From the IMG/VR virus record IMGVR_UViG_3300029267_003703, positions 21,448 through 85,447 of that record: a stretch of DNA of 64,000 nucleotides. One strand, given 5' to 3'. The notes under the pieces are model-generated. The model was not told the DNA's origin. It did no database searches and saw nothing but the letters and a program-made list of their open reading frames with translations. Numbering within the stretch: position 1 is the stretch's first letter; each line of letters starts with the position of its first letter. Shown here piece by piece: positions 10,352 through 19,706 of this stretch. The DNA is from a virus. Made by a program: the position numbers and the translations under genes.

Positions 10352-10540
10352 ATGGCGGTCCCCTACGAAGTCATCACTTGCCCGGACCCCCCGTACACGT
10401 TCAGTCCCAACTCTCGCGCCGTCATCATCATCGAGGACGGCAAACCCCGGGTCTTCATCTCCGATCCCGACAAGGACAAGGTCTACACGGCCGAGACCTG
10501 TCTGTTGTCGGACATCACGGCCAACACAGCGGCCGTCTAG
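10352..10540 (+). CDS. small protein resembling one beta-propeller blade
   Basis: GGAGGT SD; SRAVIIIEDGKPRVFISDPDKDKVY is NHL-like; same frame as both neighbours. Confidence 0.55.
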   Translation: MAVPYEVITCPDPPYTFSPNSRAVIIIEDGKPRVFISDPDKDKVYTAETCLLSDITANTAAV

Positions 10541-10546
10541 GTACTC

Positions 10547-11971
10547 ATGGCGATTCAGGCAACCACAGCATGGCAGGGAGAGGCGGGGGATCTTCCTCAA
10601 GGCATCGCGGTCGACGAGGCGGGGTACGTCTGGGTCGCCTTGAGAGGGGCCGACAAGGTGGTGAAGCTCGGGTGGGATGCCCTGTCGGCCATCCTGTCCT
10701 TCGAGGGGCAACGCCTGACGCAGCCCGGCCCCGCGGAGCTGCTGTTCGACGGAACCTACGTCTGGGCTTCGCACAGCTACGTCGACTACGAGACGCCCGG
10801 CCCCACAGTCCTGAGCGACACCGTTTCGCGCGTCTCGGCCAGTACTGACCAGGTCGTGGACGTGCTGCTCGAGCTCGAGATCTGCGACGAGGAGGCCATT
10901 CAAGTAGGAGCTGGCCCCTCGAGGATGTGCTGGGACGGCATGTACGTTTGGCTGAGCGCCAAGGCCCACATGGACATCTTCGCGCAAAGCCTAGCAGGCT
11001 CACAAGTCGTGACGATGGACGTTCCCTTGCCCATACAGATCAACCCCGTGTCGATGGAGGTGTCGACGGGAGTACCGCCGCACTTCATGGGGGAGCTCCT
11101 TGCGGTGCCGTGGGTCCCGCTTCTTTCGGGCATCGACGTGACGACCTACCCCGTCGCCTTCGATAACATGCGGGGGCTCTGGTTCTCTTTCTACCAAGAA
11201 GTGCATGTTGGGGCAGCCACGCTGCCTTCTGTTTGCGTCTTCCGGATCCCGCAGAACTGCTCTCGTGGAGAGTACGATGAGCTGGCGCTTCGGCACATGC
11301 CGGCTGGTGCCCTTCTTACTATCTCCGACCCATCTAGTTCTGGGTGCAACATCCAAACAGAAGATGCTGGCGCCGGCGTCATCGAGGCCATGCTCGGCAC
11401 CTCGGACGGTGACGTGCCAACGTGGAACGCGGCGACAGAAAAGTGGGTGCCCGGCCCTCCGGGGGCGGCCACAGACGTGCGCGTCAAGGTCACCGCGGCG
11501 GACACGACGACCGACTACCTCTTCAACAAGATCGCGGCCGGCTCGAACATCTCGCTCAACGTTCTCAACCCTGGCGCCAACGAGCAGCTCGAGATCAGTG
11601 CGGTGGGCGGCTCCGGCAGCCTCACCGGCACCTACACCAATGGGGGAGGTGTCGTCGCAGGAGACGCCGTGTACATCTCGGGTACCGATACGGTTGGTCG
11701 CGCTGACGCATCCGGCCTGTCGACGGCGCCTTGTGTAGGCTTCGCTGTGGCTGTTGGCGCGAGCGTGACGGTCCAGTATGCTGGCGAGGTAACATTGCCC
11801 AGTCCGGTTCTGGTGGCCGGGGCAGAGTACTACCTCGCCGCTTCCGCCGGGCAGATCACGACAACGGCCCCAACAGGAGCGAACAGAGTGCTGCAAAAGA
11901 TCGGGTACGCCAAGAGTTCGACGGTCCTCGTGTTGAACCCGGACAACTCGTACGCCGTTCTGGCAGCATAG
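10547..11971 (+). CDS. beta-propeller (NHL-like) protein with C-terminal capsid-cement (DUF2190-like) domain
   Basis: PQGIAVDEAGYVWVA, PAELLFDGTYVW and PSRMCWDGMYVW repeats; C-terminal GDAVYIS...G..YYL...G.ITTTAP. Confidence 0.65.
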   Translation: MAIQATTAWQGEAGDLPQGIAVDEAGYVWVALRGADKVVKLGWDALSAILSFEGQRLTQPGPAELLFDGTYVWASHSYVDYETPGPTVLSDTVSRVSASTDQVVDVLLELEICDEEAIQVGAGPSRMCWDGMYVWLSAKAHMDIFAQSLAGSQVVTMDVPLPIQINPVSMEVSTGVPPHFMGELLAVPWVPLLSGIDVTTYPVAFDNMRGLWFSFYQEVHVGAATLPSVCVFRIPQNCSRGEYDELALRHMPAGALLTISDPSSSGCNIQTEDAGAGVIEAMLGTSDGDVPTWNAATEKWVPGPPGAATDVRVKVTAADTTTDYLFNKIAAGSNISLNVLNPGANEQLEISAVGGSGSLTGTYTNGGGVVAGDAVYISGTDTVGRADASGLSTAPCVGFAVAVGASVTVQYAGEVTLPSPVLVAGAEYYLAASAGQITTTAPTGANRVLQKIGYAKSSTVLVLNPDNSYAVLAA

Positions 11972-11984
11972 GTGGAGGAAGAGC

Positions 11985-12215
11985 ATGGCACGTTTCAAGT
12001 ATCTCGGTGAGCCGCCCCGTCCCAGTCTGGTCACTTCCTACGGCCCCTGTTTGAAGATTCGGATCCGTAAGCAGGACGGCACCGTTGAGACTTTGGAGCC
12101 TGTCTCCCCGGCGACTTCGTTCGTCATCGGGGAAGATATTGGACACGAGATCACCGACCCGCGTGTTCTGAGGCATATGAGGGCAGAGACAACCCGCTTC
12201 GAAGAGATCGTGTGA
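11985..12215 (+). CDS. small hypothetical virion-associated protein
   Basis: GGAGG SD; lies within the structural operon. Confidence 0.7.
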   Translation: MARFKYLGEPPRPSLVTSYGPCLKIRIRKQDGTVETLEPVSPATSFVIGEDIGHEITDPRVLRHMRAETTRFEEIV

Positions 12216-12232
12216 GTCGGAGGTAACAAGAC

Positions 12233-15200
12233 ATGGCAGACCTGAGAGCACTCGTTATTCCCACAACCGGAGCGGGAGCGGGCAACTACGCCCACCTGCT
12301 CGACGGCGACCAGCTCCAAGTTGGAGCGGGCATCAAGGGGACCTCCGGCACCAACGTGCTGGTCATCTCCGACGCCAGTGGCAGCGGAACCATTCGCGTT
12401 CCTGCCGCACAGACCCTTGAGGTCACCAACATCGACGTCGGCGGACCGATCTACATTGGCCAGAACGGCGCCACGGCCGTGCAGGTTGGCCAAGCCGGCA
12501 TCACCATCGATGTCGGTACGCCTTCGGACGCCACGGCCACCATCAACTTGAACGGCAATGTCCTTACGCGTGGCACAGAAACCGTCGTCGGAACCAGCGA
12601 GTTCCAGGAAGATGCTACGTTCCAGGGGGATGTTACCTTCGGCGTGCAGTCGACGACGGAGACCGACACGGTCACCTTCGCCTCGCACACTCGCATCACG
12701 TCGAACATGATCTTCGGCCTCGCCAACCGCCGCATCGCAATGGAAGACGGCGCGCTCGACACGACAGCGTACCAGTTCACCGTCAGCGGCGGCGACGGCG
12801 GCGCGTACGATTCTGTCGCCCCCGGCGATGGTGGTGGGTTGGGCATCTACGGCGGTTCGGGCGGGGCGTACCCGGCAGGAACCGGTGGAGACGGCGGCAG
12901 CATCGTCATTACCGGCGGAACAGGTGGCACGGGCAGCACGCAGGGCGATGGCGGCGACGTCGAGATCAAGCCCGGCGCCGGCACCAACTACGGCAGCGTC
13001 ATCGTTGGCCACGCTACGCCCAGCGAGGCGTATCTGCTGTTCCTGAGCAGCAACGATGTTTCTCCCACGCAGGCAGACGGCCCCGGCTTCCGCATCAGCA
13101 GCTCAGGCAACATGCAGTTCTGCAACGCCGGAGGCACCTGGACCAGCTTTGCGGCGGGCGACACCCTCCCCACCGGCACCAACGATGGCGATCGTCTCGA
13201 GTACGCGTCGGGGTCTCCCGGAAGTTGGCAGGTGGTGCAGGACATCCACATGGCCAGCACCGGCGACCGCACCATCGACGTTCGAAGTGCGGCGACGGCG
13301 AGGTCTTTGACCATCGCGGCGGGCACCACCACCACGGCAGACGCGGCGGGCGCCAACCTCTACTTGATCGGTGGGGCGGCCCTTGGGACCGGCATCGGCG
13401 GCGGCGTGTCTGTTTCGGGCGCCCAAAACGGGACCGGAGGCCCGGGCGGTTTGGTGGCGATCAGCGGCGGTAACTCCACCGCCATGGACGGCGGCGACGT
13501 CACGGTTGTCGGCGGAACTGCCGCTGCTGGGGCGGGTGACGGCGGCAACCTCACCCTTGCCGGCGGCGGTACGACCGGGGGGAGTCGGGGAACCGTCTAC
13601 ACGTACGGTCCTTGGGAGCTCAAGTCCTCCTCGTCCAGCGTGTACGCTGTGGTCAATCTTCAGTGCACCAATGTCACCAACAGCGCTGACGGCTACACCA
13701 CCGGTACCCGCTTCCTCGACAACGTCGGCATGATCTGGGCGTACAAGGGCGACGGCTACCTCATCACGCAAGAGAACGCGGACGCAGCTTCTGTCGGCGG
13801 TCCGATGACCCTTCAGGGCGGCCGTGGAACGGGCGCCGGCGGCGGCGCGTTGAATCTGTACGGCGGCAACGCCGAAACCACTGGCGCCGGCGGCACCGTC
13901 ACTATCACAGGCGGTGCCGGAGGTGCGACATCGGGCAACGGTGGTTCGGTAGCTGTGAACGCCGGAACAACCACTACCTCCGGTGCGGGCGGAAACATCA
14001 CCCTCACAGCGAGCTCGGCTGCTACTAGCGGGCTCGGGGGCAACATCACGGGAACCGCCGGTAACAGTGCTGGTGCCGGCGGTGCCGGTGGGCACGTCAA
14101 CTTCGACGCCGGCCAAGGTACCGGCACGGGCGATGGCGGTTACGTCAGGATTCGTGCTTCGAAGGGTGGTGCGGGCGGCAATGGCGGCGACGCCACGGTC
14201 CAGGCCGGCGATGGAGGCACCTCGACTGGCGACGGCGGTGACGTGTTCCTGATCCCGGGAGTCGGAGACGGGGATGGTGTTGCTGGCAAAGCTATCGTCG
14301 GCAGCGCGTCCATGGACCAGTCGCATCTGTTGTTCTGGACCACGGATGGCCTTCCCGACACCACGGATGGACCCGGCATCCGGTATAACGCCGACACCGA
14401 CGCGATGGAGTACAACGATGCGTCGGTAGCGGATTGGACTCCCTTCGCAGGTGGTGGTGGTGGATTCGTCAACGCAGGTAGCGACGATTATCAAATCCTG
14501 TACTGGGATGAGTCGGGTGATCAGGAGTGGAAGCCCACCAGTGAGCTTCAACTCCCGAATGGGGACAATCGTGGCATCTACATCGAAGCCGATTCCACGG
14601 CGCGCACGTTGACTGTGGCGGGTTCTTCTGGTCTCGCTGCCACGAACAGTGGTGGCGACCTCGCTCTCATCGGCGGTCCCGGCAAGACGACCGGAACGGG
14701 CGGCAGCGTGCGAATCGCTGGCGGATACACCGGTTCTGGCGGAACCATGGGCGACGTCTACCTTGACGGCGGCTACTTCGACGGAGTCTACGGAAACATC
14801 TACGTCGGCAGCCTCAACACAGGCGGCACTTCGGAAGTGTTGCAGTTCGGCGCTTCCGGGGGCAACCAATTGCAGATCGACTTCACCAACAATGGCAACA
14901 GCCGGGTGATCAGTTCCATCACGTTCGACCCGTCTTCTGACCGTGAGGTCAACATGGCAGCCGCCGCAGGCAAGGGCGCCACGCTTAGCCTGGTCGGCCA
15001 GGACAGCACGGACAACGATGGCGGCGACGTTCAGGTTCTTGCCGGAGCCGCCAGCCCTGGTGCGGGCAGCGGCGGCAGCGTCTTGATACGAGCGGGCGAA
15101 GCCAACGCTGGAACTGGCGGCTCTGTCACCGTCAATGCCGGATCCGGGATCCTTGCCGGCGGCAATGTGATCATCGGCGCGGGCGACACGGCAAACGTGT

Positions 15201-15820
15201 ATCTCGAGGGCAGTACTGACGGCATCCGCTACGACACGTCGACTCACAAGCTGTACGCCATCGGTTCGGGCGTTATCAACCTCGTCACGACCAATGACAC
15301 GGAGCTCGAGTTCAACGGCGTTGCCGTTCCTCACGACGCCAACATCACGGGCGCCAACTTCGCCAAGCTGTTCGACGGCTCCGACCTCACAGGCCTCGGA
15401 CTCCACACCCATGGTGGAACGGGGACCGGCGGTGAGTTCACGGCCACGGCCAACGAGGGCGCCGTTGTCGGCGTCGCCTATGACAGCACAGACGCTGGGG
15501 CGTTCAACGTCGACATCGGCGCCAACTTGGGCGTCGACACCACCCCGTACCCCATCGGCTTCGCGGTTGCCGCCTCCACGGCCGGCAACCCCGTTCGCCT
15601 GGTGAACTCGGGTGAGGTCACCGTTCCGGGAACCCAGTTCACGGGCGGGGCTCCCACGGCAGCGGACGTCGGCAAGCCGGTGTACGCTTCCGCCACGGCC
15701 GGTCAGGTCACGTTGACTGCCCCCACGGGCGCAAACATCTACCGCACGAGGGTCGGTTACCTGACCTCCCCCACCACGGTCGCCATCAACATCGGCGACC
15801 CGGTCTTCCTTGCTGCGTAA
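12233..15820 (+). CDS. glycine-rich fibre protein with C-terminal cement-like domain
   Basis: Dozens of GG-x-V-x-I-x-G/A-G repeats; C-terminal GKPVYASATAGQVTLTAP. Confidence 0.8.
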   Translation: MADLRALVIPTTGAGAGNYAHLLDGDQLQVGAGIKGTSGTNVLVISDASGSGTIRVPAAQTLEVTNIDVGGPIYIGQNGATAVQVGQAGITIDVGTPSDATATINLNGNVLTRGTETVVGTSEFQEDATFQGDVTFGVQSTTETDTVTFASHTRITSNMIFGLANRRIAMEDGALDTTAYQFTVSGGDGGAYDSVAPGDGGGLGIYGGSGGAYPAGTGGDGGSIVITGGTGGTGSTQGDGGDVEIKPGAGTNYGSVIVGHATPSEAYLLFLSSNDVSPTQADGPGFRISSSGNMQFCNAGGTWTSFAAGDTLPTGTNDGDRLEYASGSPGSWQVVQDIHMASTGDRTIDVRSAATARSLTIAAGTTTTADAAGANLYLIGGAALGTGIGGGVSVSGAQNGTGGPGGLVAISGGNSTAMDGGDVTVVGGTAAAGAGDGGNLTLAGGGTTGGSRGTVYTYGPWELKSSSSSVYAVVNLQCTNVTNSADGYTTGTRFLDNVGMIWAYKGDGYLITQENADAASVGGPMTLQGGRGTGAGGGALNLYGGNAETTGAGGTVTITGGAGGATSGNGGSVAVNAGTTTTSGAGGNITLTASSAATSGLGGNITGTAGNSAGAGGAGGHVNFDAGQGTGTGDGGYVRIRASKGGAGGNGGDATVQAGDGGTSTGDGGDVFLIPGVGDGDGVAGKAIVGSASMDQSHLLFWTTDGLPDTTDGPGIRYNADTDAMEYNDASVADWTPFAGGGGGFVNAGSDDYQILYWDESGDQEWKPTSELQLPNGDNRGIYIEADSTARTLTVAGSSGLAATNSGGDLALIGGPGKTTGTGGSVRIAGGYTGSGGTMGDVYLDGGYFDGVYGNIYVGSLNTGGTSEVLQFGASGGNQLQIDFTNNGNSRVISSITFDPSSDREVNMAAAAGKGATLSLVGQDSTDNDGGDVQVLAGAASPGAGSGGSVLIRAGEANAGTGGSVTVNAGSGILAGGNVIIGAGDTANVYLEGSTDGIRYDTSTHKLYAIGSGVINLVTTNDTELEFNGVAVPHDANITGANFAKLFDGSDLTGLGLHTHGGTGTGGEFTATANEGAVVGVAYDSTDAGAFNVDIGANLGVDTTPYPIGFAVAASTAGNPVRLVNSGEVTVPGTQFTGGAPTAADVGKPVYASATAGQVTLTAPTGANIYRTRVGYLTSPTTVAINIGDPVFLAA

Positions 15821-15898
15821 GTAGCGGGCTGACCTGGGCGGCGGGGTGTGACAGCTCCGCCGCCCGCCACGTCTTCGGACGAGTAGGAGATAGAGAAG

Positions 15899-18800
15899 AT
15901 GGCTCTCGAGCGCGCGATCACCATCAACAACAGTACTGGCGGCTCTCCGATCGGGGCGTTCGCAACCATCAACGATGGAGACACGCTGCTCGTTGCCGAG
16001 GGCATCCAGTCGACCCAAACGGACATCACCATCACCCCGAACAGCGGGCAGGTGAAGCTTGTGGGCAACGCCCCGGTCATCAACTCTGGGTACTCCGGAG
16101 CCGACCAGGACGTCACCTTGTGGTTCGTGCGGGGCACCGGTGCCAACGTCGGCATTCGATGGGGCCAGACCGGCACCCAGACCATGGAGATTACCAACGA
16201 CGGCACCAATTGGTACTCCATCGCTACCGCCGGATCCTCCTTGATTGGCTACACGGAGGCCGCTGCCAACTATTCTACGGCTCTTGGCTCTGGTACCGCT
16301 GCTGCCGGCGCCCACGCAAACTCCGTCCTCGTAGGCTTTGAAGCTGGCGCTGCTTTGACTGGGGCCGACAACGTCATTATCGGCTATCGAGCCGGAAAGG
16401 CGATGACAACTGGCATCAACTCGGTGATCATCGGGTCCGGTGCTGCTGCACTAACAGCAGGATCTGCTGAAGACAACGTCATCATCGGTAAGGGGGCGTT
16501 TGCTGCCAACACCGGTACATCAGACCAGAACATCATTATCGGTTCTGGGGCAGCGGCGAACTATAGCTCATCCAACGGCCACAACATAGTGGTTGGGTAC
16601 CAGGCCGGTGCTGGTCTGGACACGGAATCGTATTGCACGATAATTGGATACCAGGCTGGTGCGACGGTGGGTGGCGGCAACGCCATCGCCATCGGGTATC
16701 AGGCAGGATATCAGATAGGGAGTTACTCGGTTGCCATAGGCGATCAGGCCCTCTACGCTGCAACGGCGACCAACAACGACGTGGTTGCAATAGGCCGTCA
16801 AGCTGGCCGCAACTCTAACGGTTACGGAACGGTTTACATAGGGCAGTATGCCGGGCGCAACGCTAACGGTGGCTATAACGTTGGCATCGGGTACACCGCT
16901 TTGGAGATGAGTGGAGCGAGTTATGCGGGGTTCAACGTCGGCATCGGGTACAGGACATTAGCCATCTTGAGTTCCGGTGATAGGAACGTGGCGCTTGGCT
17001 ACCAGGCAATGGACGTTTCCACCAGTGCATCGAACTCAGTAGCCATCGGCAACTCAGCGTTAGGGTCGAATACGACCTATAGCGGCAACGTTGCGATTGG
17101 GTCGAACGCGATGAGTGGGGCCAACGGTGGCACCGAAAACGTCGCCGTTGGGGCGTACGCAGGAGCCAGCATCACCACCAGCTACGGAGTCGCCGTTGGC
17201 TCGTATGCGGCATACAATCGAACGTCGTTCTTGAATGGAGTCGCTCTGGGGAGGCAGGCCGGAAGTGGGGGCAGCGGCTCGGACTGTGTGTACATTGGAG
17301 AACGCACTGGAGAAAGTGTCACCGGCGACAATAACGTCGCCATAGGGTACAACTCACAACGGTATGCGCGCACTGGCACAAGCTCCAACAACATATCCAT
17401 CGGGTACGAGTCCCTCAGGAGCAACACAACAAGCGCTGCCAACGACAACATCGCGTTTGGCTATCGGGCCTTGTACAGCACGGTAGCAACAGGCAACATC
17501 GCCCTTGGGAGGATGGCTGGGTACTCAAACACCACCGATAACTACCAAGTGTACATCGGGTGGGGCGCGGGGCTGGACAGCAACTTCAACTGTGAGGGGA
17601 ACGTAGGTGTCGGCTACCATGCGCTTTACAACGTACGCGGCATTGGGAGCGGTGGCTGCGGACGGAACACGGCAGTCGGGTATCAGTCCCTCGAAGCCCT
17701 CACAATCAACACCACGGACACGCAGGCGATCAGCAACACCGCGATTGGCTATCAGTCAGGCCTCAACATTGGGGATGCTGCCGATTACAACACGGCACTT
17801 GGTGCAGAGGCAATCGGCAGTGGGGCGTTGACCGCCAACAACAATACGGCAGTTGGCTTCCAGTCCCTGTACAACGTGACAGGTGGGGGCAACACTGCCG
17901 TGGGGACTGCGAGTGGAGACTCCATCACGAGCGGCGAGAATAACGTTTGCGTAGGGTACAACGCAGACGTATCCGCAAGCACTGACACGAACGAGATCGC
18001 AATCGGCTACGCTGTGACAGGCAAGGGGTCGAACACAACGGTGCTCGGCAACACATCCGTGACCGACACCTACGTTCGAGGCAACCTACGGGTCGGCAAC
18101 GAATCCACTGCCGCAAAGTACCTCTACTTCCAGAACAGCACAGGCGCTACTCAGCCTGGTTTCCGGTGGTCGGGATCGGCCGTCGAATGGTCGAACGACG
18201 GTACCAGCTGGTACACGTTTGCGGCGGGAGGCACGTCGCTTACCGGTTACACCCAGTCCGCATCGCCATACGGTACTGCGCTCGGAAGCGGGACTGCTTC
18301 TTCCGGTGCCGCCCTGAACATGACCCTGCTCGGCTACCAGGCCGGTGCGTCGCTTACAACTAATGGCGACGACAACACCCTGTTGGGGTTTCAGGCTGGC
18401 TCCTCGATCACTTCTGGGTATCAGAACGTATGCGTTGGGTCCAATACCGCCGTCAATGCTACGGCGAGCCTACAAGTGGCTGTGGGGTACAACGCGAGGG
18501 TCACGACCAGCCAGCCAGGGAGCATGCAATTCGGCAATGGTACCAACACGTATGCCAGTCGGACGGCACAGTTCGGGGATGCCTTCTACCAGTACATCCT
18601 GTACGCAAACAGCTACCAAAGCTATTCAGACGTGTCGCTGAAACAAGACATCGAATCGCTTTCCTCCGATGAGGGACTATCACTCATCCAAAAGCTTCGA
18701 CCCGTATCCTTCCGCATGAAAACAGGCACAACTGAATACGAAAAGCGGAAGCGGTTTGGACTCATTGCCCAAGAAGTAAAGCTTGCGGTGGAGGAAGCCG

Positions 18801-18952
18801 GGGTTGGAGCGCGTAGCGTATACTTCGACGAAGGTGAGATCTGGGGGCTGGACTACAACCAGTTTGTAGCCCCATTGATCAAGTCAGTACAAGAACTATC
18901 CACGATGGTGAAAGAGCTTCAAGCAGAGGTGGCTCTGCTGAAAGGAACGTGA
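15899..18952 (+). CDS. tail fibre / receptor-binding protein with YadA-head-like repeats and peptidase S74 intramolecular chaperone
   Basis: N-x-A-I-G-Y-x-A repeats; C-terminal SDVSLKQDI...GLIAQEV...LDYNQFVAPLIKSVQEL followed by a coiled coil. Confidence 0.9.
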   Translation: MALERAITINNSTGGSPIGAFATINDGDTLLVAEGIQSTQTDITITPNSGQVKLVGNAPVINSGYSGADQDVTLWFVRGTGANVGIRWGQTGTQTMEITNDGTNWYSIATAGSSLIGYTEAAANYSTALGSGTAAAGAHANSVLVGFEAGAALTGADNVIIGYRAGKAMTTGINSVIIGSGAAALTAGSAEDNVIIGKGAFAANTGTSDQNIIIGSGAAANYSSSNGHNIVVGYQAGAGLDTESYCTIIGYQAGATVGGGNAIAIGYQAGYQIGSYSVAIGDQALYAATATNNDVVAIGRQAGRNSNGYGTVYIGQYAGRNANGGYNVGIGYTALEMSGASYAGFNVGIGYRTLAILSSGDRNVALGYQAMDVSTSASNSVAIGNSALGSNTTYSGNVAIGSNAMSGANGGTENVAVGAYAGASITTSYGVAVGSYAAYNRTSFLNGVALGRQAGSGGSGSDCVYIGERTGESVTGDNNVAIGYNSQRYARTGTSSNNISIGYESLRSNTTSAANDNIAFGYRALYSTVATGNIALGRMAGYSNTTDNYQVYIGWGAGLDSNFNCEGNVGVGYHALYNVRGIGSGGCGRNTAVGYQSLEALTINTTDTQAISNTAIGYQSGLNIGDAADYNTALGAEAIGSGALTANNNTAVGFQSLYNVTGGGNTAVGTASGDSITSGENNVCVGYNADVSASTDTNEIAIGYAVTGKGSNTTVLGNTSVTDTYVRGNLRVGNESTAAKYLYFQNSTGATQPGFRWSGSAVEWSNDGTSWYTFAAGGTSLTGYTQSASPYGTALGSGTASSGAALNMTLLGYQAGASLTTNGDDNTLLGFQAGSSITSGYQNVCVGSNTAVNATASLQVAVGYNARVTTSQPGSMQFGNGTNTYASRTAQFGDAFYQYILYANSYQSYSDVSLKQDIESLSSDEGLSLIQKLRPVSFRMKTGTTEYEKRKRFGLIAQEVKLAVEEAGVGARSVYFDEGEIWGLDYNQFVAPLIKSVQELSTMVKELQAEVALLKGT

Positions 18953-18953
18953 T

Positions 18954-19268
18954 ATGGCACTTCAGATCGCAAAAGAGACCCCCTCTGGAGTCAGCGTGGA
19001 GTATTGGCGGATCAACCCGGTCATGACGATCGACATGGTGGAGCGCAAGGTGTACGCCAGGCTGATGGCCTACGTGTCGCAGGCCGCGCGTACGGGCGGC
19101 AAGAGGGAGGTCGTGATGGCCGACGAAGTCGTCGGCTTTGACGCCGTTCAGCGGATCGTGCTCGATGGTGCCGACTTCGGGACGGCCCTTGCGGCGGGTG
19201 AGTTCCGAGACGTCATGTACGCGAAGCTCAAGACCGAGGACTTCTTCAGCGGGGCCGACGACGTCTAG
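18954..19268 (+). CDS. hypothetical protein, probable fibre assembly partner
   Basis: Directly after the fibre gene; MALQI...G...YWRI...Y..LK...F..A.DV pattern. Confidence 0.65.
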   Translation: MALQIAKETPSGVSVEYWRINPVMTIDMVERKVYARLMAYVSQAARTGGKREVVMADEVVGFDAVQRIVLDGADFGTALAAGEFRDVMYAKLKTEDFFSGADDV

Positions 19269-19319
19269 TCTTGTACTTCCTTCTGTTTGGAAGTAACTTT
19301 CCGGCAGGAGGAAGAACAC

Positions 19320-19703
19320 ATGGCGCAGAAGAAGAGCAGTGTAAGGAAGACCATGGCGCAAAAGACCGCGAAGAAGGCTGCGAGTCCCGGTACCCCTCTC
19401 CCGTCCGGCGGGAAGAAGGTCACACCGAAAGACAAGAAGGCCGTCGACGAGATGAAAAAGGCGCTCGACGAGCAGCGTGAAGTTGTCGTGAGAGCGGCCG
19501 TTCAGTACGAGCAGGCCAAGACGATCCACAACCAGCAGGTCGCCAAGCTCTTGCAGCTCGATGGCGAGCTCACCGAGAAGGTCAAGTCGATGCTCGACAA
19601 GTACGAGCTCGATCCCGAGACCAAGAACTACAGCTACAACTTCGACAGGGGCACCTTCACGGAAGTCGAGCCCCAGCAGCCGCCGTCGGCCCCCAAGGAG
19701 TAG
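19320..19703 (+). CDS. hypothetical protein (basic N-terminus, coiled coil)
   Basis: AGGAGG SD before ATG 19320. Confidence 0.7.
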   Translation: MAQKKSSVRKTMAQKTAKKAASPGTPLPSGGKKVTPKDKKAVDEMKKALDEQREVVVRAAVQYEQAKTIHNQQVAKLLQLDGELTEKVKSMLDKYELDPETKNYSYNFDRGTFTEVEPQQPPSAPKE

Positions 19704-19706
19704 TAG

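Noticed and set aside
12233-18952. Diversity-generating retroelement acting on the fibres
   Set aside because: No reverse transcriptase and no near-identical TR/VR pair were seen; the repeats are at protein level only.
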